Below are positions 1 to 9,459 of a stretch of 31,952 nucleotides of DNA, in pieces. The first letter of the stretch is position 1. Every line of letters begins with the position of its first letter. The notes under the pieces were generated by a model. The model made no database searches. It saw nothing but the letters and a program-made list of their open reading frames with translations, and was not told where the DNA came from. Where the stretch lies: assembly GCA_963666425.2 (NCBI GenBank), contig CAXXTX010000003.1, positions 1-31,952 on the forward strand. Direction: 5' to 3'. This DNA comes from Bacillota bacterium (lineage in GTDB: Bacteria > Bacillota > JAAYKD01). A program made the position numbers and the translations under genes.

Positions 1-111
1 ACTTCCTTTTTGGTTTAAATTTTTTGAAATGAGTTCGTGATAACGCAAACTCCTCTTCCATTATAATAATGCATTTCACCGTAAGGTGCAATGTATTGTT
101 GAAACTGACAC

Positions 112-163
112 CGAAAGCTGCTTTATGGATTCAACATGTGTATTCTATAGAGAAAATATCCAC
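112..163 (-). pseudogene. Degenerate relic of the rlmD/rumA (23S rRNA m5U methyltransferase) 3' end
   Basis: Minus strand reads gtg gat att ttc tct ... aca cat gtt gaa tcc ata aag cag ctt tcg = VDIFS..THVESIKQLS (one indel), matching the RlmD C-terminal VDMFPxTxHVE(S/T)xxLLS motif. Confidence 0.6.
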
Positions 164-166
164 TTC

Positions 167-425
167 CTAATTTTCACCGTTTTCAGCCCATTCGTATTTG
201 ATATCATTCAGATTCTCTTCTTTAGCATTGTCTCTGCTAAGGATTTTGAATTCATTCATTTCGTAAAACAGTTGTGCTTTACGATTAATTCCGAAAGTAT
301 AGAGGAACAACCTACCATTAGAATTGCTTTTAGCAATCTCAAGAAATTTTGTGCCCAATCCTTTTCTTTGATAGTCATTATGAATATATAGTTGATTGAT
401 TTCATCCTGAATAAACGCCAGCTTG
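167..425 (-). pseudogene. 5'-truncated GNAT acetyltransferase fragment
   Basis: The frame of ORF 167..358 extends upstream as AFIQDEINQLYIHNDYQRKGLGTKFL (acetyl-CoA motif A, QRKGLG), followed by NRKAQLFYE. No N-terminal half or start is visible. Confidence 0.65.
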
Positions 426-451
426 ATTTTAAAGGCATTTTAATGAACAAT

Positions 452-484
452 CCATTTCTTGACATCTAATCTATTGTCTCACGT
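452..484 (-). pseudogene. Short rlmD 3'-end-like relic
   Basis: Minus strand acgt gag aca ata gat tag atg tca aga aat = (HV)ETID*MSRN, resembling HVETxxLMSR. The match is short. Confidence 0.4.
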
Positions 485-523
485 AAATAGGTTATTTGCT
501 TTTTATACTTAGCAAACGGAAAC

Positions 524-1078
524 TTACCCACGCCATTCTTTTTTCAGAATGGCATACTGCATAGTGTTTTCATAGTGAGGTGAGCCGTCTGGGTTATTGA
601 CGAAGGATACGAATTCCATAAATAATCCTTCCCGGCGCATACCGAGTTTTTCACAAAGGTGCTGGCTCGACAAATTATAATCCTCGGTAAAGGCGTAGAT
701 GCGCCTTGCACCTTTCTCACGGAACAGATAATCAAAAAAAGCGTGAGCTGCTTCATGTGCATAGCCTTTACCTTGATAATCTTTGTTCAGCATCCAGCAT
801 GGGCTGAAGGTATCCAACCGCGAGCTTGTAACGTGAGGTTCGCCACGCTCGGGATAGGCATCTATCTCTCCGATGACCTTTCCCGTCTCTTTCAGAACGA
901 TGGCGAAATAGTATTCAGTTTCACTGACTCGATTTTTCATTTTTGCTATGGCTTCCTCAAGTGAGTTCAGTTTCATACTGGCAAAGCAGTTTACCGTTGG
1001 TTCTCTCAAATATTCCAATACATCTGTCGCATCGCTCTCAAGAAAAGGACGCAGAACCAATCTTTCTGTTTCAATCAT
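524..1078 (-). CDS. GNAT N-acetyltransferase, RimJ/RimL family
   Basis: IETERLVLRPF N-terminus, YQGKGYAHEA motif A, NLSSQHLCEKLGMRREG; GAGGTG RBS upstream. Confidence 0.9.
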   Translation of the reverse strand: MIETERLVLRPFLESDATDVLEYLREPTVNCFASMKLNSLEEAIAKMKNRVSETEYYFAIVLKETGKVIGEIDAYPERGEPHVTSSRLDTFSPCWMLNKDYQGKGYAHEAAHAFFDYLFREKGARRIYAFTEDYNLSSQHLCEKLGMRREGLFMEFVSFVNNPDGSPHYENTMQYAILKKEWRG

Positions 1079-1135
1079 GACTTCACCTCATCAAATAATG
1101 ATTTCTTATCTGTCTTCGAACTATATTTCTTACTC

Positions 1136-1164
1136 TGTGCCAACACCCCCGTCCCCCTGGAACA
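1136..1164. repeat. Dispersed 29-bp site, copy 1 (TGTGCCA-ACACCCCCGTCCCCC-TGGAACA)
   Basis: Read directly; related copies at 7554, 8754, 27482 and 28705. Confidence 0.95.
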
Positions 1165-1400
1165 TCGCTGTAAGTAAGCCATTCGATAAAGCGATTTGCC
1201 TGTTTACTTGGGGATTTTTTTGGTGAGTTCAATGATGTCCTTATTGTCAAATGAATCTGTCAGATATTTTTTTCCGCCAGCTGCTGTCAATTTCAGTTGG
1301 TTAGCAGAACTAACCAACTCGTTACTTTCTTTTAAAGCTTCGCCTTTAAATACTTCCAATAATTTCTGTTATTATTGTAATCATTCTCGTCACGCAAAAC
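1165..1400 (-). pseudogene. Bro-N-like N-terminal fragment of a Fic-associated protein, truncated
   Basis: With indels, the minus strand gives DYNNNRNYWKYLKAKL..ESNELVSSANQLKLTAAGGKKYLTD...IEWLTYSD, recognised from memory as the N-terminus of Bro-N/Fic proteins. It ends at the 29-bp site. Confidence 0.65.
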
Positions 1401-1416
1401 ACGTATGATATCCAAC

Positions 1417-1464
1417 GCATAAAACCACCACTTGGATTTTCTATTATCCCAAGAGGTTTTATGC
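1417..1464 (-). terminator. Imperfect hairpin downstream of abiEii, possible terminator
   Basis: Inverted arms GCATAAAACC ... GGTTTTATGC. Confidence 0.35.
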
Positions 1465-1507
1465 TTACCAATCTACAACACTAAAAGCACATAAGTCAAT
1501 TAATAGA

Positions 1508-2386
1508 TTAAGTATTTTTAGTAGCTTCTTTAAGGCCCTCTGTTATTTCGGTAAAAAAATCTGCATTCCAAACATCAAGCACACTAGGATTCTTAATAAA
1601 GGGTAGGACATCCAGCTTTGCCTGCACATAATCGATGTTTATGAAACGCTTTTGAAGCATTTCTTTCACATCTTCTATCGTGATTTGCTTTTCTGCAGGA
1701 ATATAACCGGATTGTACAAGTCGGGCAGTAAGATGAGCCAGATTCACTGCTGTCCCTCTAGAAAGATAGAATACATAGTCATATAGATCTCTACCCTTAA
1801 CGCGATTTTTCCATGCTCTGCAGATGACCGCATGAATTTTTCCGGCAAAAAGTGAGGGCATATCATACAGCGTGATTTCATAGGGAATGGGAAGTAACCT
1901 GTACTTGGTTTCAAAGGTGGCGCGATCGGGTGGATTTGTATCAATTTCAAACTTAACTTTAATAAGCTCGTTTGAGCCGATAGAACGGGCAAGCAACTCA
2001 TCTGCATAAAATAGTAGCATATGTTCTTTTGTATTCCCTTTCAGGAATGCTGACTTGATACCGGAATCAACGGTTTTCTCTTTTATTTCCATCTTAAAGT
2101 TGAGCCCGTAGGAGCGAATTTCTTTTTCCAATATCGGTAGATATTCGGACAAATCAAAGGAAGGTTCGGGTGCTTTCAATGAGAAATCTAAGTCTTCAGA
2201 GAATCGGTCAAGCCCATAAAAGATACGAAGTGCCGTTCCACCGTAAAATGCAGCAGTCTTGAAAAAACCAGCTCTGCTTAATCCGCAAAGAATGATTTCC
2301 TGTACTACTTCTTTAATACCGTTTTTTTTATCATATACAGTCTGTGTCTCATATTGCTTCAGCATTTGCTCAATAATTTGATCCAT
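1508..2386 (-). CDS. abiEii: AbiEii-family nucleotidyltransferase toxin (type IV TA / abortive infection)
   Basis: FYGGTALRIFYGLDRFSEDLDF NTase motif, GKIHA and KGRDLYD; overlaps the upstream antitoxin gene. Confidence 0.92.
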   Translation of the reverse strand: MDQIIEQMLKQYETQTVYDKKNGIKEVVQEIILCGLSRAGFFKTAAFYGGTALRIFYGLDRFSEDLDFSLKAPEPSFDLSEYLPILEKEIRSYGLNFKMEIKEKTVDSGIKSAFLKGNTKEHMLLFYADELLARSIGSNELIKVKFEIDTNPPDRATFETKYRLLPIPYEITLYDMPSLFAGKIHAVICRAWKNRVKGRDLYDYVFYLSRGTAVNLAHLTARLVQSGYIPAEKQITIEDVKEMLQKRFINIDYVQAKLDVLPFIKNPSVLDVWNADFFTEITEGLKEATKNT

Positions 2387-2972
2387 TTTTCATTCCCCTT
2401 CTGAGATAAGCCTGCAGCAGCTTGTGATTCTGCGTGTGATAAAGAGCCGCTATTTCAAGTAAATCCGACAGTTTCAGATGATAGAATTCTTCCTTGTCAA
2501 TTCTTAGATCTTCGAATAAAAGATGTTCAAGTTCACCACTGTTCTTTAGAGGAGAGATTTTGTAAAGTTCATCACAGATTGCTTTCTCAGGAGTCGCAAT
2601 TTGAAACCCATAGCCGTTCTCAGAATGCAGAACAATACCAGCAGGATATGCTTCGCTTGGAACATCACGATAAGTAAATGTACCATAGGGTGTTGTATAT
2701 TGCTTTGCTTTTTTCTTTTCAAAAGTTGCTGATGTAAAACTGTATACCGCTTCTGGAATAAGCGAGTAGTATGCCAATGCAAATTCAAAAGACAAATATG
2801 AAGGTCCGTAAATAATTGGAGCAAGATAGTATCCTGGTATACTCCCATCTGTTTCGTACAAACCTCTGACAACGGAAATCAATTTCCCTTCATCCACGAG
2901 CCGCCGGATCTTTGCTGTTGGATTTACATACTCTTTCAGTTCAGCCATTAACATCGCTATCGTCTTTATCAT
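2370..2972 (-). CDS. abiEi: AbiEi-family antitoxin / transcriptional regulator
   Basis: VVRGLY, PSYLSFEFALAYYSLIPE and IATPEKAICD are typical AbiEi motifs; directly upstream of abiEii. Confidence 0.9.
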   Translation of the reverse strand: MIKTIAMLMAELKEYVNPTAKIRRLVDEGKLISVVRGLYETDGSIPGYYLAPIIYGPSYLSFEFALAYYSLIPEAVYSFTSATFEKKKAKQYTTPYGTFTYRDVPSEAYPAGIVLHSENGYGFQIATPEKAICDELYKISPLKNSGELEHLLFEDLRIDKEEFYHLKLSDLLEIAALYHTQNHKLLQAYLRRGMKNGSNY

Positions 2973-3020
2973 ATTTTCACCACCTAAAGCAATTATAATG
3001 CTTTATGTGGTGAAAATCAA
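2973..3020 (-). promoter_or_regulatory. sigmaA promoter of abiE with an overlapping inverted-repeat operator
   Basis: Minus strand TTGATT (3020-3015), 17 bp spacer, TATAAT (2997-2992). 19-bp inverted arms at 2973-2991 and 2999-3017 (1 mismatch) flank the -10 box. Confidence 0.8.
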
Positions 3021-3238
3021 GCATGTTATTAATTTTGATTGTCGCGTATATTTTGGGGGTAACGTCCATATAAGCTGTGTAGTGTTCCGCGAATCAATGC
3101 CCTATTTTGTTCTCGGTCAGCGTAACGTTCCGCTCAGAGAACAGAATCTGATGGCCTATCTGTGCCGCATATCGGTCACCTTGACATCCGGTTTTCATTA
3201 CTGCCGCTTGGCGTATGCCCGCAACACGGTCCGTGAAT

Positions 3239-5423
3239 TTATATCTCAATTACTCCATGCTGCACTGCCATTATCAGGTCGAATTTCTTTTCTCCAACTG
3301 TGCTAAAACGAATGGTAACATAGGTTCCGTCATTTTCCGTAATCACACCTTTGCCGAATATCTTATGTGTCACGGTCCCGCCAGCGGTCATTTTCAACAG
3401 CAAACTTTCTAATTCTTGAGTTTGGCGTGCTTTCTCTTTTTCCTCCATGTGTCCCTGCAATTTCGTGGACTTGCGTTTAGGCGCGGCTTCATCTTTGTGT
3501 GTATAGGTTCTATCACCTAAGCTTCGTTTAGGTATAGAACTAACGCTACCTGCGGCTTTGATTACTCTTGGGAGAGAACGTAGCACTTCGCTCGTAAAAG
3601 CAGAATTGGTATTGCGACAGTTGAACAGGTACAACTCATGCCTTGCGCGGGTCATACCTACATAATAGAGCCTGCGATCTTCCTCGTATTGTTTGATCTC
3701 AACCTGAGATGAAGCATCTGGGTCAGCTTTTGACGGCAGTATGCCATCAAAGATATCGAGCAGAAACACTCGATCATATTCCAATCCTTTGCTTGAGTGA
3801 ATCGTGGACAGTATGAATTGATTGGAGCTGCTGTTTTTATGATTTTGGATGATGTCTCGCAATTCAGTTAATCTACGGAGTAAATCGCGTGGGCTTGCCT
3901 CGTTTTCCCCCGATCATACATAGGGTTGCAAACTTTCCTGCATCTAGCTTATTGGCAGTTACATACTGGCCATAACCTGATGTATTCCATATCAGCTGGA
4001 TGGCTTTTATACCGTTACTTTTTGTGATCGTCGGCAGAAGTGCCAGGAGACTGATTGCACCTTCCTTGGCAAAGCTGCTCAATTCCGGAAAATCGATCAG
4101 TTCGTCAAGAATCGGCTTGCCAGAACGTCTGCTCTGTTCACAAGCATAGATAGCCGCTATTTTGTTCAAGTACTTGCCGAATTTATAGTATACACGCATG
4201 AAGGCATCTGCGTCATGTGGGTTATATGCGAAGTTTATAATGTCTGTTATATCGACAACGATACGATTGGAGAAGAAGACTCCATCAAGTTGTCTGCAAT
4301 TGTACGGAATGCTGTTGCGCTCTAGCATATCAATGAGCGGTAAGGCGCTGTCATTATTGCGGAACAAGACGGCGGTTTCAGTTTCACAGGTCTGTGCAAC
4401 AGTAAAAAGATATTTATACTGCATTGAACGATCAGCGGCCTGGATTACCTGTATGGGGAGTCCGTTGCCACGGACCGGTATAATGACTTTTTTATAGCGA
4501 AATTTATTTTTTAACACAAACGCATTCGCCACAGTCACGATTTCTTTTGTAGAGCGATAGTTATACTCTATCAGCAGCACCTTTGCCTTGGGGTAGTTCT
4601 TGCTGAAGTTCATTAGTGCATCAGGGTAGGCAGCACGGAAACCGTAAATACTCTGATCCTCATCACCGACCATAAAGATGTTGCTGTATTTTTGTGCTAA
4701 CAGGTGGATAATGGTATGCTGTATTTTTGATGTGTCCTGAGCTTCATCAACGCAGATGTAGCGATACTTTTCTTGAAAGTGCTCAAGGACTGCAGGGACT
4801 GATTTGAGAATGTTAAGCGCATACGACATCTGGTCATCGTAATCCATGAGTCTTCTCTGCTTAAGTTCCGTACAGTATTGATTGTAAATCTTCGGCATTT
4901 GCAGAATGCCTACATCGATCAAATCTATTTCTTCTTTTGTAAGCATCATATTTTTGATGTAGGTGATGCTAGAACGGATATCCTTGATTATACTCTCTGT
5001 GGCGTACTCGTCATTGATTTCCTGATAAATCCGTCCTACCATTCGTGCCAATTCGCCACCATTATCGAGCAATTCAAAAGGGCTCCCTTTTCCGTAGTTC
5101 CGGCTGTAGTAATTAATGATTTTTGCGGACAAGCCGTTGATGGTGCGGAACTCTAAAGCAGAGGCGTATTCACTGCCGAACATAGAGGAAAAACGCTGCT
5201 GCATTTCCTTGGTGGCGGCTACAGTGTATGTCATTGTCAAAATGCTACGCGGGGCAATATCACGGCAGTAGACCATATAACCAAGCCGGGTCACAAGCAC
5301 TGTCGTTTTTCCACTTCCGGGAACAGCAAGCAGAAGTACTGCACCATCGACTGCCTGGATCGCTTCTTTTTGCTGTTTATTCAGATGTGACAGGAATTTC
5401 TCGGAAAACTCCTCTTGCGTCAT
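3239..5423 (-). CDS. UvrD/PcrA/Rep SF1A DNA helicase, split by a frameshift near 3870-3910
   Basis: LNKQQKEAI Q-motif, AVPGSGKT Walker A, VDEAQD, VGDEDQSIYGFR, NYRS; second part has STIHSSKGLEYD, EEDRRLYYVGMTRAR and a C-terminal VTHKIFGKG domain. Likely start MTQEEF at 5423 after an AGGGGG RBS. Confidence 0.88.
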
Positions 5424-5663
5424 AATGTCAAACCCCCTTAGTATGTTCCTGTTAGAATGATAAAGCCTCTCACTGTAAGACTCTCGCTGCACTCGTTCAT
5501 CGTATGCATACAAAAATTATAAGGAAAGAACTTTTACAACAGCTGGGCTTCGTTCTGCGTCAGTGAGGGTTGAAACCAGAGCGCTTTATCGGATTTTCGC
5601 TGAAAACCGGAATGCCCATTCTAGAGAGTAAGTATCAATTTCATTCAACGTTGCTATCTTGAT

Positions 5664-6550
5664 TTATGGCATTCCAAATTTATCATTATTTTTGGGCATT
5701 CTCTGTAATAGAAGCACTGCTCCCAATATCAAACCGCTCAAACCAATAATCCCTGTTGGATTAGGGCCTAGTAATCGGCTCACACTTAATAAGGATACCA
5801 TTATAGGTAACTCACCAATAACATTTGACGCTCCATGTAGTATGGTCGCCGGAATAATGCTTCCTGATTTTATGGTGACATAAGCAAGCCAAATACCTAA
5901 CACCACACATACAAATATCATCATAATCATGCCAGAATAAGGAGCTCCCCAGTAATCCATAGAATAATTAAAACCAAAGTATATCAGTGCAGCATGAGCA
6001 ATCCCCCAAAGGAATCCATGAAGTAAAACTGCTTTTTTTGTACTTGTGATTTGTAGAAGAAGTGGTAACAAATATCCTCTCCAACCGATTTCTTCTCCTA
6101 AAGCAAAAATGTGTACCGGCAGAATGAAAGGTGAAATTATAATTGCTCCAATACCAATAGTAACTATATTCCCAATCGTAAGATGCAGAGCGGCAGGAGC
6201 TCCATACTGTGAATAGTTTTCAACTATATACCTGCCACTGAAATCCAGATCATTTGGAAATAACAAAAAAAACGCCACTGCTCCAATGAATATGGCAAGT
6301 CCCGGAGCAAACGCTGAAAACAAATAGATTTTCCGATTTTTCTTAAAATTTGGTTTTAAAAGCCATGGGGCTTTATCTTTGGTAATCTTCCTGGTAATTA
6401 TAGTTGCTATAATTGGAAATATACTAAAAAGTCCCCATACTATTATGTACGCATTTGAAAATGCCAATATTGACAACCACCCGATAAAAAGAAAGGAATA
6501 AATAAGAGCTAAGTACAATATTATTCTTTTTTTAAAATGTTCTTTTCCAT
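5664..6550 (-). CDS. CPBP/CAAX (Abi-family) intramembrane metalloprotease
   Basis: Multi-TM protein with EEIGWRG, LWGIAH and HGASN motifs. The true start is probably ATG 6550 (GGAGG RBS), shifted out of frame by a 1-nt-short A7 run at 6527-6533. Confidence 0.88.
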
Positions 6551-6602
6551 AAATCCTCCAAATCAAATTTCCACTTATTATTTTTTTGTTCTGAAAGCTG
6601 CC

Positions 6603-6702
6603 GCATTGGGTCTGTCAAGAGTTTTGTGCTTTTGCTTACCAGAACAAGCATTACTGCAAGTGGGATGAAATCTTATACGGAAAATAAATCGATAATTGTA
6701 AG
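6603..6702. repeat. ~100-bp diverged direct repeat, copy 1 (copy 2 at 7447-7551)
   Basis: Shared blocks in the same order: TTTTGCTTA.CAGAACAA, TTACTGCAAGT, CTTAT.CGGA.AATAAATCGA. Confidence 0.8.
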
Positions 6703-6960
6703 AGAATATGCTTCCAATCTTGAATGCGTCCAGACCATTTCGTTGCTGCCAAGTGCTTTGGCCGCAAACTGACAGGAATTTTTGGCTGTAATTTGACAGC
6801 AAATATTACAGGCTTTTAGGTAAGCAGGTTTGAACTGACAATCTTCTTTGCATAAGCAAGAAGGTATTGTAAAATAGTTTGCGCTTTTGCTAATCCAAAT
6901 CAATCGATGTATAACTAAATGGAGAGATGGAAGAACTGGCACTCATGGGAAAAGCACAAC

Positions 6961-7142
6961 TACGAGAAGAAGAGCTTGATTCTCACAACGGTCATCGAAT
7001 TTTCCAAATGGGGTGGTATTTTCACTGATGAGTGGATGGCCGCTGCCATGACTGACCGTTTGGTCACAATGGTCATCATTTGATTTTTGAGGGCCAAAGC
7101 TACCGAATAATTTATGCTTTGATGCGCCAAACTACTAAATAA
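6961..7142 (+). pseudogene. istB: IS21-family IstB ATPase C-terminal remnant
   Basis: YEKKSLILTTVIEFSKWGGIFTDEWMAAAMTDRLV / HHLIFEGQSYR, with one frameshift, matches the IstB C-terminus. Confidence 0.85.
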
Positions 7143-7357
7143 CCTCTATGATTCTTCCCGGGATTACCTTTGATTCTTTTCGGGAATTTATCTTGATAAT
7201 TTCAGGGATTTCTTCTTGATAAAACACACTACCGAATAATTCATGCTTTGATGCGCCAAACTACTAAATAACCTCTATGATTCTTCCCGGGATTACCTTT
7301 GATTCTTTTCGGGAATTTATCTTGATAATTTCAGGGATTTCTTCTTGATAAAATACA
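7100..7357 (+). mobile_element. Tandem 2 x 129-bp duplication of the IS21 right end
   Basis: 7100-7228 and 7229-7357 differ at 2 positions. Each unit holds three ~20-bp subterminal repeats (GGGA...TTGAT) and ends in CA, as IS21 ends do. Confidence 0.85.
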
Positions 7358-7446
7358 GTTGACTACCCGGAGGTGAAAAGCTTTCGATGACATCTAATTT
7401 GTCCATGATATTTAGAATGTGCAATGCTGCAATAAACCAATGATCT

Positions 7447-7551
7447 GCATTCTTGGGTTTGTCAAAAAATTTATGTTTTTGCTTATCAGAACAAAGTTTT
7501 ACTGCAAGTAAGACGAAACCTTATCCGGAGAATAAATCGACAATTTGTGAG
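7447..7551. repeat. ~100-bp diverged direct repeat, copy 2, adjoining the 29-bp site
   Basis: Aligns by eye with 6603-6702. Confidence 0.8.
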
Positions 7552-7553
7552 TC

Positions 7554-7581
7554 TGTGCCAGCACCCCGTCCCCTTGGAACA
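7554..7581. repeat. Dispersed site, copy 2 (TGTGCCA-GCACCCCGTCCCCT-TGGAACA, 28 bp)
   Basis: Read directly. An extra half-site TGGAACA at 7624-7630 lies 1 bp from the GNAT stop codon. Confidence 0.95.
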
Positions 7582-7631
7582 TACTGATGGCCAGGCGAAT
7601 TGGACTTATCGCATTGTTTTCGATGGAACAA

Positions 7632-8180
7632 TTATCTCGAGACCACTTTCTGAAGCGACGCGGATAATCTCGTGATCAGATCCTCAACATTTCCTTCGAA
7701 GATATCGGTTTGCAGCCTATCTTTTGTTTGATATTCCGTAGAGATGACATTACACCCAAATTTAAGGTAAAAACTGTTTGACGGAGCAATGTGATAATTG
7801 TAGACAATCATTTTCTTTGCTCCTAGTTTTCTAAACTCTTCGCATACTTTTTTCAGCAAAGTCAATGCTATCCCCCGACGGCGATACCCCTGATCCACCC
7901 AGAGTCCATTCAACTCAAATCCGTGTTCAGGAGCATCTTTAGACTCGACAAAGCTGGCAAAAACTGTGCCAACCATCTTTTCGTCATCAAAAGCACCATA
8001 TAACAAACGGACATCAGCATTTTCATCCGCTGTCTTCATCCACTTAACAAATGAAGTATGCTCTTTAACAATATCAGGTTTTTCGCTTGATGTGCCTGCA
8101 GTTTCTTCATCCCAGCATGATGCTTTCAACCTGGCAACATCAAGGATATCACACTCTGTCAACTCTCTGTAAATAACCAT
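7632..8180 (-). CDS. GNAT N-acetyltransferase
   Basis: ELNGLWVDQGYRRRGIA motif A and NSFYLKFG. Likely start MVIYRE at 8180 with a GAGGTG RBS (ORF track starts at 8237). Confidence 0.88.
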   Translation of the reverse strand: MVIYRELTECDILDVARLKASCWDEETAGTSSEKPDIVKEHTSFVKWMKTADENADVRLLYGAFDDEKMVGTVFASFVESKDAPEHGFELNGLWVDQGYRRRGIALTLLKKVCEEFRKLGAKKMIVYNYHIAPSNSFYLKFGCNVISTEYQTKDRLQTDIFEGNVEDLITRLSASLQKVVSR

Positions 8181-8212
8181 TCTCTGCACCTCGGCATAAT
8201 CCAAATTAAGGT

Positions 8213-8692
8213 TTATCTGTCCGTCATTGAACAACAAACTTCTGCTTCGATCATTTTTCTTATGAAAGGGTTATTTTCCTCATTCAGTATGGGAAGAAAA
8301 GCCATACTGCGGCATTTCTTGTATTCCACGCCGTCCATCACAAATTGATATCCGGCGGGGCAGGTCGGGCTACAGGTAAGTCCGATCAGCTTTTTGCATT
8401 CAAGTGCGGCCGCTATCTCTTTCTTTGTTGCATCGGGAAATCCACTGACCAGGTCCTCATATTCTTTTACATGCGCCGCATAAATCCTTGCCTTCACGCA
8501 GCCTTTCCTAAATACAAAATTGAGCAGCGTTTTCTTTGAAACCGGCAACGCATAGGAAACCAGGTATCCTTTTGCCGCGGTCTTAATGCTTCTTTTGCAG
8601 TCTTTGTCTAGCAGATAAGCGTCGATTTCGCTCACGAAAGGTCTTAAGTGTTCGGGAACCGTGTTTAGAAAGCTCATAAAAATTTGTTCCAT
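8213..8692 (-). CDS. Hypothetical protein with a C-terminal Cys cluster (possible metal binding)
   Basis: AAGGAG RBS before MEQIF; ECKKL..TCSPTCPAGY...YKKCR. Confidence 0.7.
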   Translation of the reverse strand: MEQIFMSFLNTVPEHLRPFVSEIDAYLLDKDCKRSIKTAAKGYLVSYALPVSKKTLLNFVFRKGCVKARIYAAHVKEYEDLVSGFPDATKKEIAAALECKKLIGLTCSPTCPAGYQFVMDGVEYKKCRSMAFLPILNEENNPFIRKMIEAEVCCSMTDR

Positions 8693-8753
8693 TTGTTTCT
8701 CCTTACTGCATAAAAATTCACTTATGCACACATCAACACGGCCTATCCAACTC

Positions 8754-8782
8754 TGTGCCTACGCTCCTGTTCCCCTGGAACA
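8754..8782. repeat. Dispersed 29-bp site, copy 3 (diverged: TGTGCCT-ACGCTCCTGTTCCCC-TGGAACA)
   Basis: Same length, arms and flanks (TC before, T after) as the other copies. Confidence 0.85.
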
Positions 8783-8846
8783 TAATCATAAGAAACATAC
8801 CCACCACCTAATCAGTAACCACTTTATACCTAGTTCACGTAGAGGT
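8783..8846 (-). pseudogene. rlmD 3'-end relic truncated at the 29-bp site
   Basis: GAAACATACCCACCACCTAATCAGTAACCACTTTATACCTAGTTCACGTAGAGG aligns with 28461-28514; the minus strand reads KVVTD*VVGMFLMI and then runs into the site. Confidence 0.7.
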
Positions 8847-8870
8847 TAATACACCTTCCCCTTGAGCAAG

Positions 8871-9425
8871 CTAAACCAAGTAACTAATCTTTTTTTTGAG
8901 ATAAAAAGCACCCCGAACATAATATTCTAATAAAATCGATCTCGTCCTAAAATCAACCTCATAATAGATGCCTAATTTATACCTGCATACATGTTTGGGG
9001 AATGTTTTCCCATCAAATGACCAAACGTCATCAAAGCTATCCTTTGTAAGTGCGATAATTCTCTCCCTGTCTTTATCTTTCTCACGCTGAGGACGATTTG
9101 TTTTTTTCATTTCAATTGCAATCAAATTATCTTGACTTATATTATGCCCTCGACTATGTACAATCAAATCACAATTGATTGTGATTATTTCAGAGACAGA
9201 ATTTATCATTGTTTTAGATATAGTTTTCAATTTACCTCCTTTATTCCGGTTATACTCTATATCGACGAAATAGTCACTATACTGTGATTTTTTTATGCTT
9301 TCTTGTATGTGAACCATAAGCGATCCACATAGTGTTCTTTCCGACACTTCCATCTGGAAAAGATCAATGTCTTTTTCTAACATTTCATTATTTGCTTGTT
9401 CAAAAATTGCCATTAAGTCTTGCAT
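8871..9425 (-). CDS. Putative PD-(D/E)xK restriction-endonuclease-like protein
   Basis: SERTL helix, VDIEYNR, CDLIVH and LIAIEMKK (E...D...ExK spacing). Confidence 0.65.
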   Translation of the reverse strand: MQDLMAIFEQANNEMLEKDIDLFQMEVSERTLCGSLMVHIQESIKKSQYSDYFVDIEYNRNKGGKLKTISKTMINSVSEIITINCDLIVHSRGHNISQDNLIAIEMKKTNRPQREKDKDRERIIALTKDSFDDVWSFDGKTFPKHVCRYKLGIYYEVDFRTRSILLEYYVRGAFYLKKKISYLV

Positions 9426-9459
9426 AATTTTAGTTGCCTTTCAATATACATATTTAATT

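Noticed and set aside
3160-3186. Possible sixth degenerate site CTGTGCCGCATATCGGTCACCTTGACA
   Set aside because: The left arm matches but the core and right arm are too diverged to call without a PWM score.
3182-5616. Short inverted match (CCGGTTTTCA / TGAAAACCGG) flanking the helicase as transposon ends
   Set aside because: Only about 10 bp, with no target duplication or transposase; could be chance.
5617-5652. NVE....LLSR on the minus strand as another rlmD relic
   Set aside because: Spacing is wrong and it contains two stops; too weak to support.
7964-7973. CTGTGCCAAC half-site inside the GNAT gene
   Set aside because: It lies within coding sequence (MVGTV) and lacks the core and second arm.
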